Shown: positions 56,678-64,000 of the stretch, one piece after another
Layout of the letters: the number at the start of each line of letters is the position of its first letter
Position numbering within the stretch: the stretch's first letter is position 1
Source: Macrostomum lignano
Lineage: Eukaryota
Length of the DNA stretch: 64,000 nt
Direction of reading: 5' to 3'
NCBI GenBank assembly: GCA_002269645.1
Contig: NIVC01003823.1
Location: forward strand, 79,559-143,558
The notes under the pieces: generated by a model
What the model was told of the DNA's origin: nothing
What the model saw: only the letters and a program-made list of their open reading frames with translations
Database searches by the model: none
Position numbers and translations under genes: made by a program

Positions 56678-57262
56678 GGGGCCGTAGCACAGTGGTCCAG
56701 CGCGGCGCTTTGATGTGCCAGCGGCCCAGGCTCGTGTAAGAGCTGAGAAATTAGAGTCAAAATTCACGAAGTATATTATTTGGCATGCACGATAACTATA
56801 GGGAGCGATTATATTGTCAGTGATAGAAAGGTAATAAAATGACTCACCCAACTGGGGTGGAGGGCATGCACAGAGTAAATCAAGATGCAAGTAATAAGAG
56901 AGCAGCCCCCACCCCAAATGCACAAATCAAACGCAACCTCACACTCGATTCCAAGTGCAGTCACATTAATTTGGGGCTGAATTGGAATCTCGGCTTGGCT
57001 CTGCTCGTGCAATTAACGCCCTTGAGGGCCAACCCCAAGGCACAGTGAAGTGTACATGCCTAACGATAAATAAAGTTAGGGCCGCTGTACACTCCTGTGT
57101 AAGTGTGTGCCTGTGCGTATGACTGCGTACGTATCCGCGCGCTTGTGTGCCTGCTCAGGGGAGTCGGCGGAATGGGCAGCAATGCCTCTCGCCGGTTGTG
57201 TGCCAATGTCGCTTAAAATGCGCCAGGTTGCACACAGCCCCCCTGCCCTACTGTCTCTAATA
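56678..57262 (+). mobile_element. SINE family B split by a ~200-bp insert
   Basis: Head at ~56678-56735. Body resumes at ~56943 (CTCGATTCCAAGTGCAGTCAC) and runs to the CTAATAAA tail. Confidence 0.8.
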
Positions 57263-57374
57263 AATAGAGATTGGTTTTCGATTTCCAATAGATTATCTGG
57301 TCACGTGATTGGAAATGTTGGGACGAAGAAAGGTAAATGCGTTTGACGTGATGCAGCTGTAGCTATGCCGGCAA

Positions 57375-57515
57375 GATAAAAATTGAAGACGTTGGGCGAC
57401 GCTATTCCAGGCGTTGGTCGAGACCGTCCTGCTGTACTGCGCAGAGACTTGGACGTTGACGGACTCTCTTGAACTGCAGATTGACGCAGTGCACGCTGGC
57501 CTTGTCTAATGCGCG
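57375..57515 (+). pseudogene. Short non-LTR retrotransposon reverse-transcriptase C-terminal fragment (RTE-like)
   Basis: LFQALVETVLLYCAETWTLTDSLELQIDAVH resembles the F.A.VESVLLYG.ETWTLT motif. Confidence 0.55.
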
Positions 57516-57534
57516 GAGTGTACGAAGCAAACTC

Positions 57535-57665
57535 CCTGCAAGCAAACTCCCTGCAAGCAAACTCCCTGCAAGCAAACTCCCTGCAAGCAATTAACTCCCT
57601 GCAAGCAATTAACTCCCTGCAAGCAAACTCCCAGCAACCAATTAACTCTCTGCAAGCAAACTCCT
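57535..57665. repeat. 15-bp minisatellite (GCAAGCAAACTCCCT)
   Basis: About 8 units. Confidence 0.9.
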
Positions 57666-58592
57666 AACGGAGACAAAGAAAGGATGTTTTGTCTTCTCTG
57701 TCAACAGAGTCTGCTTCAAATTGAGACTGAAATACGCTCGTAATATACTCGTACAATGCAATTTGCTAACAAGTACAATATCAGCATTTACAAATTAGTA
57801 TCTCATTAATGCACATAGATTATATTGGCTAAAACATGCCTTAGATTTTAGCAAGGTTAAAGCAGCTCAATCCAGTTGAAAATAAGAGTTGGAATTAGAA
57901 AGAGAGAGAGGGAGAGAGAAAGAACTGTTTACTACTATGCTCTGGAAGATGCTTCGAAACAGACAGCCACCGGTCAAGTGATGAAGCCTCGTCCCTACAT
58001 ACGCTCGTACGGGTATAGGTTCTTTGGTTGTCACCCGCAGGCCTTCATCACTTTATATCTAGAGAGAGAGAGCAGCTTCTCATCTAGCAGCTTAGCGAAG
58101 TTCTAAGCCCTCAGCTCGTTCTAACCCATCCAACACAGCCAAACCCCATTGTTTGCTTTGTACAGAGACACACCCCTCAACTGGTTTTTGAAGAAGACTA
58201 TTTTCATAGAAGCAGGAATAAGAGCGGGGAAGTTGCAGAGCATTTAGGCAGAAGCTCACCATTATCGTCTGTCCTTTCCGCAATTACTAAACGAGACAGA
58301 AAAAGAAAGAGAGAGGAGGAGAGAGAGAGAGAGATCTTCGCATTTTATTTAAAATTGCTACGAACTACAGCAGCACCAGCAGTCTTACTCACAGCGGGCA
58401 AGCTCAAGCAGGATTGGTAGTGCTGAGGCGGTTGGCTAGAAAAACAGGGTAAGAAATAGAAAGAATTGTGATCTGCATTGGGTAAGCTATATATATACAT
58501 TATACAACAGGCCTGGATGCAAGGACCCAAGCGAGCCTAATCCACAACAACAACAATAATAAAAAGCTCCAATTCCCTGCCGTCTCAAAGCC

Positions 58593-60587
58593 ATGGCCAA
58601 CCCTAGCGCGGTTCTCGCTGACATCAGCGACTTCGACAGAGACAAGATGAACCACGTCAAAGTCACGGAGAAATTGGTTCTACCCAACAGTGAGCAGCTC
58701 AAGTCTGAACGAAAAGAGACTCAACTACGCTCCGAAATTGAGCAGGGCCTCCAGCTGAATCATGTCGCCAAGGTGGAGGAGAAAGTCGTCCTGCCAGATG
58801 CCAGCGTCATCGCCCAGGAGAAACAGGAGCACGAGCTGCACGAGGGCATCAAGGGAAGGCCGAAATTAAATCACGTCGACGTAGAGGTGCGGAACAGCCT
58901 GCCGGGTGCGGAGGCGATTGCCCAGGAGAAACAGGAGCACGAGCTGCACGAGGGCATCAAGAGAAGGCCGAAATTAAATCACGTCGACGTAGAGGTGCGG
59001 AACAGCCTGCCGGGTGCGGAGGCGATTGCCCAGGAGAAACAGGTGAGCAACCGCTTAGAGTTCCAGTTCGTGCCAGTTGGTCTAAATTGAGTCATCACGC
59101 GGCTGATGCAAATAAAAAGCAACCGAAAAAGAAGCAGCTTATTCTCTGTCGAATCGCACAATTGGACCGCGTATCACTCCTAGTCGTCTGTTAGAGTAGC
59201 TTGGTAGATGTTTTGGTTGGCAATATAAGATCCCCATCCTTAGGTACATGCATGTAAAGCCTAAATCTAATCCATCATCTCCGCACCGCACGCAGGAGTT
59301 GCAGCTGCGAACTTACTTACTTACTACTGACGGGGGGCGCAGGCGCCGCGAATAGGCCGCGAGGCCCCTATCGCAACCCCAAGGTAAAAGAGCACAAGGA
59401 TTAGCCTTGGGGGTGCGCCCAGTCCCCGCCAGTAGTCGGCAGGTCCGCAGTGGAGGCATCGGCGACCCTCATCCGGCCGGAGTCCCGGACGAAGGCGCGG
59501 AGGTCTCGGATATTGTCCGCGGTGGTCAGCTCGTCCATCCGCTGGGGGTGGCCGAGGTATTTGTGCCGCGCCTTGTTGAAGTAAGGGCAGAAGGTGACGT
59601 GATGCTCCGCGGTCTCCTCTCCTATGCCACAGAAGGGGCAGGTGGGAGGGCAACCGGTTTGCAACGATATATGTCTCTGGAAGAATCCGTGGCCGGTTAG
59701 GACCATGCACATCTCCCTGAGGTCGGTTCTGTTAAGCGAAATCAGATAATCAGAGACTTTCCTGTTCAGGTTAGGCATGGCAGAGCGGCTCTGCCTGTAC
59801 TCGGTGCAGCTGTTCCAGTGGAGCTGGTGCTGCTGATGGAGCCACCTGTTGATATGGCGGGTGACTTGCGACCTGGGAGTGGGTAGCCTCATCAGACGGT
59901 GGTTGCCGTCTGGGTTGCTGCCCTCCTTGGCGAGAGAGTCTGCGAGCTCGTTGCCCAGGATGTTGCTGTGACCAGGTGTCCAGATAATTCTAATCCTGTT
60001 AAGGACTGAGAGAGATTGCACACTGCGGTGGCATTGAGATACTGTAGCAGCGGAGATATTCTCAGTGGTTAAGGCCTTAATAGCAGCTTGGCTATCAGTG
60101 TAGAAATTAATGTCAAAATTATTAATGTTCGCCTGAAACAGTTGCTGGGCACACTGCTCGATGGCGCAAATTTCAGCTTGGAAAACTGAGGTGTTCTCAC
60201 CGAGGTGCAGACTTTCCTGGAGAAGCATCTTACCCTCGTGGAAAATGGCAATACCCGCTCCAGCGCGGCCGTTGAACAGCGAGCCGTCGGTGAAGCAGTG
60301 AATGCCCTGGCTGCGCCGGTTCACACCGACATCCAGCGGAATGTTGTCTCAGCTGACTGTCTCAGTTTACGCAGCTGCGAAGCGAAATTGAGAAAGTACA
60401 CAAGCTGAACCCTGTAGACACGAAGGTGCGCATCAGCATGCCAGACGCTGGAGACATCCTCCAGGAGCGTCGAGAGCAGCAACTGCGCGAGGAGATTACG
60501 AAGGGCGCGCCGCTGCGCCGCGTTGAAACGAAAGTCCGCGACAGTCTGCCCGACGCTGAGACGATCGCGGCCGAGAAGGCGTGCTGA
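58593..60587 (+). CDS. Multi-repeat beta-thymosin/WH2 actin-binding protein (6 repeats); exon 58593-59042, second exon (originally starting 59296) split by a LINE, remainder 60375-60587
   Basis: Repeats of EI..F....L.HV...EK..LP.......EK type. Coding continues after the TSD as [17 protein letters not shown]...AAEKAC*. Confidence 0.88.
59312..60370 (-). mobile_element. 5'-truncated non-LTR retrotransposon with RNase H and C-terminal Cys/His motif (LOA/R1/I-group-like)
   Basis: ORF 60324-59401 with [33 protein letters not shown] and CPFC...ETAEH....CP. (GTAA)n 3' tail. 11-bp TSD GCAGCTGCGAA at 59301-59311 and 60371-60381. Confidence 0.95.
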
Positions 60588-61721
60588 GGCGCTGAAAAGG
60601 GCCTGAGTTGACGTTGGACTTAATCTCGAACCCATTGATAAAATATAGCTACCCATACAGCTTATTCAAGCAATCTTCCTTTCTGGCGTTCAGCATACAA
60701 TGAACCAAATTAGTAGTGAACATATCTATTCCCGGTATCACACACAGAATTAGCATAGCTTAATCCAAATCCTTCCAATCAAGCTAATCTACATTAAATC
60801 AAAAGCGTTTTTGTTGAAAAGACAATAATAAAAATGTACATATATTCAGCTTAGATGCAAAAGTACTCACTAAGTTACTTTTTACTTGCACTTTTTGTTG
60901 TGGTTCTCGACTTAGTACGAGCTACTTTTTCATGAGTGGAGGAAGTCTTAGAATGACTAATTAGTTAACCTAATTAGTAACAAGTATAGGGGTCCAATGG
61001 GTGCATAGGAATAGTCCTGCAGTACCAAGGGCATTATAAACAAAATCATATGCAAATAAAGTGATTTTTTGTGTTAAGCCTCGATGCGAAAGATCTTAAA
61101 ATCTGCTTTGTGTGGAATATGGTTGGTGTTTATACAATAACATTCTTGGTTTTGGGTTATTATAAAACAAGGTTGTAGCTTTTATAATAAAACCTTAATA
61201 GAAAAAGCAGTGCGACTCACCATTTACTCGTGCTTCATTAGACGGTATTGTTTGCGTTAAACTGTGCCTTATAAATAGCAATGAGCATACGAGCGTATAT
61301 AGCCAAGTGTCTTTAGTAAATTGTAGAATAAAATAAGATACTAAATTGACTCCAGTATTTTTATGAAAACAAATTGGATTTGAAAAAAACACAGTAAGTG
61401 GAGCGCAGGCCCTAACCCTAGCGGAGATACGTGGATATGAAGTTTAATTTCAGATATTTGGTCCATTGCTTATTTTTCGAAGGTATGACGTGTCGGAGTT
61501 ATAAAAGAAATTGCTTTTCGGAGAAATGAATTTTCGGGTATCAAACTTCGGAGATATGCATTCGGAGAAAATTGGATTAAAGTGACCTGGAACTAAAGCG
61601 GCTTTGAATGAAATAACTCATGGTCTCTGCGCTCTTAGATATGCAGTTGCAAGCATCAGCGGCTGCTATTGGCAGTAGTTAAGTTTTTAATAGAAAAATA
61701 ATAAAATGCAACAAAAGGCGC

Positions 61722-61960
61722 TGTAGCATAGTGGTTGAAAGTTCCGGGATTCGATTCTCGACCCACTCGACACAATTTGTGTCCTTGAGCAAGACACTTA
61801 ACTCTGCATTGCTGCAGTTCACCCGGCTGTAAAATGGGTGCCAGCATTAGCTGGGGTAATTGAGGCTGTGTGGCGACCCCCCAGTCCTTGGACTGAACAG
61901 CCGTACGCAGCCTTCAGATGCTGTCGGTTGCACATCTGCCTATTAGAGCAGGTGTAATAA
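61722..61960 (+). mobile_element. SINE family A
   Basis: TAGCATAGTGGTT...GATTCGATTCTCG...GTGTCCTTGAGCAAGACACTTAAC body. Confidence 0.85.
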
Positions 61961-62367
61961 AAATTAAAACAAATGAAGTATCCGATTATGCATTTGATAT
62001 AGGATATCAACAAAATGTGTCCACTCTGATAAGTGAACAAACTGTATATGCACGTTTATATAGCCATTACCACGGCAAGTAAGCGGTAGGAACTTGCTTA
62101 TAAATTAAATATTAGGCGTCTGCATACAGATATAGGAGGAAAAATCGCAAATCAACCATGCAAGACTTGAATTTGAATCGAATTGAAATACTACTCATAG
62201 TTATCTGTAACTAAGTAGTATCGTTATAGACACCAAATCACTATAGAACTGAATAAACAGCAGTAAATAAGATTAATATGTGAAACAAAAATTTATGCAC
62301 TTACATGTATTTACACAAAATAAAAAATAATGGTTTAAATTCTTTATAGCAAGAATAGTTAACCAAA

Positions 62368-62828
62368 GTACTAATCACAGATACAAAAATAACTGGATGG
62401 GCCACTCAGGCACATACTTAGTAAAACAGTTTTCTACTTTCAGTTCAGTAGCAAAGAAGAATACATAAGCTATTTTATAATAATAAAGGCAGCTGAAATG
62501 ACTTTGATAAGTTTAGAAGCCAAGCTTGCAGGCGTAAACAACTTGCTAATTGGTTCAGCAATAATGTACATTGGCCAGTCCACCGAAATGTACATGGCAG
62601 CTTTAGGCTGCAATTCCGAGAAAGGCAATAAAAATTGGGGCGGGGCGGAGGGTAAAGTGGAAAGGCGCTATTGGAGGGTTTAGCTGGGGGGTCAGGGCCA
62701 ATAAATGAACCTTGGCTTTAAAAATACATTAAAATGCTTCTGGTTTAACTTACTACTGGAACTGAAAGTAGCATACACGCAAATGCGCTGAGTGGCCCAT
62801 CCAGTTATTTTAGTATATGTGGTGTACT
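62368..62828. repeat. Long imperfect inverted repeat (foldback/MITE-like)
   Basis: Perfect 24-bp arms AAAATAACTGGATGGGCCACTCAG (~62386 and ~62788) plus CTACTTTCAGTT / AACTGAAAGTAG. Confidence 0.75.
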
Positions 62829-63530
62829 AAATTATACAATTAGCAGGAAAAATACATGCTGATTAAATTTTTCTCCAATTTTTAAATGACACAATTTACG
62901 CACATGTAAATCGGCTGAGCTATCAGTACGGGAAAAATAGGCAATAGCAGGACGTTACTGTAGAAAGACCAGAAATCGTACTCAACACTAAGCAGGTTCT
63001 CATCCTTCAGTGCTTTTTCACTTTAGTAGTAACATAAAATTCGCAGTGTACTGTCATATACAGAAGAAGAAAAATGGTGAGACGTGCAAAGGCTCCAAAC
63101 CAAAGCTTCAACAGTCAGTGCATGCAAGTATTAAATTGAGATGAGATGTACATTCTTAAAAATAGTTCAAACTGTACACTCGTGATAATGATGGCGTAAA
63201 ACCTTCCCTTACTTTGGTCCCTAAACAGAATACGAACTCAATGACACACTAAGACGTCACTTTCTTCGGCTCAAAATCAATGAATATTGATCTGTGGCCA
63301 AGAAATGTTTTAGAACTTTACCAATGTAGAATCTTTACTATAGCAGTCTGTTTCTCGCTAGGAGTTGCTATTTTTGCCAAAGAAATAATTTGTCAAAAAT
63401 TATATATTGAGAGAGGTATAAATAAAAGTGTACTTTTATCTGGCTTACAGGCAGTTTATCCTCTAGATAGGTGCAAGCTAAAAATAATTTATATAGAAAG
63501 CATCATGTTTACAAAAAACACTGATTTGGG

Positions 63531-63761
63531 TCAACAGGAACAGCCGCCGGAGGCCTGTGGCTGCTGTTGGCCTCCGCTGCTGAGGGCGATGCCGTCCGGT
63601 CCGGCAGCCTCCCAGAGCCCAGGCGTCTGGATGATCTTCTCCACCAGCTCCTCGAAGGCGGTCTTAACGCCCTCGTTGGTCTTGGCGCTGGCCTCGATGA
63701 ACAGCATGTGATGCCTGCGTGCAAACCGAAGGCCCTCGTCTCGGGTCACCTCGCGATCGGT
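63531..63761 (-). CDS. RAB18: Rab18 small GTPase, last exon (rest of the gene lies beyond the window)
   Basis: TDREVTRDEGLRFARRHHMLFIEASAKT...FEELVEKIIQTPGLWE is Rab18-diagnostic. C-terminal CSC prenylation motif. CAG acceptor at 63762-63764. Confidence 0.9.
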   Translation of the reverse strand, partial: TDREVTRDEGLRFARRHHMLFIEASAKTNEGVKTAFEELVEKIIQTPGLWEAAGPDGIALSSGGQQQPQASGGCSC

Positions 63762-63827
63762 CTGAGAGGTGTACAGGTGAGTTATGTGCTGACATAAACT
63801 CGACATTTAACACTAGTTGAAGATCAC

Positions 63828-64000
63828 GCCATCCCAGTGTCATGTCTAGCTGGGAATCGTGTCATCCCAGTGTCATGTCTAGCTGGGGATCATGTCATCC
63901 CAGTGTCATGTCTAGCTGGGGATCATGTCATCCCAGTGTCATGTCTAGCTGGGGATCATGTCCTCTCAGTGTCATGTCTAGTTGAAGATCATGTCATCCT
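63828..64000. repeat. 33-bp minisatellite (CATCCCAGTGTCATGTCTAGCTGGGGATCATGT)
   Basis: Five or more units in a Rab18 intron, running off the window. Confidence 0.92.

Overview
This is eukaryotic (invertebrate animal) genomic DNA. GC-rich exons, a different minisatellite in almost every intron, tRNA-derived SINEs and CCCTAA tracts resemble the flatworm Macrostomum, but that assignment is inference only. Six spliced genes were reconstructed by hand from GT-AG sites and reading phase: COP9 signalosome subunit 6 (-), a ~1,950-aa protein with ~28 C2H2 fingers (-), a Na+/Ca2+ exchanger (+), TMEM231 (+), a six-repeat beta-thymosin (+) and the last exon of Rab18 (-). Mobile DNA includes an apparently intact 4.2-kb hAT transposon (TIRs, perfect 8-bp TSD, spliced transposase), two Merlin-type elements, a head-to-tail Helitron-like array, two SINE families and a 5'-truncated RNase H-encoding LINE. 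Two observations stand out. First, one zinc-finger intron holds three ~200-nt H/ACA-snoRNA-like paralogs with compensatory stem changes and an invariant pocket. Second, the LINE sits inside a thymosin coding exon and its junction supplies a branch point plus two in-frame 3' splice sites, so it could be spliced out. Three single-G frameshifts (CSN6 once, NCX twice) look like homopolymer consensus errors. Most long ORFs in the supplied track are tandem-repeat artefacts.
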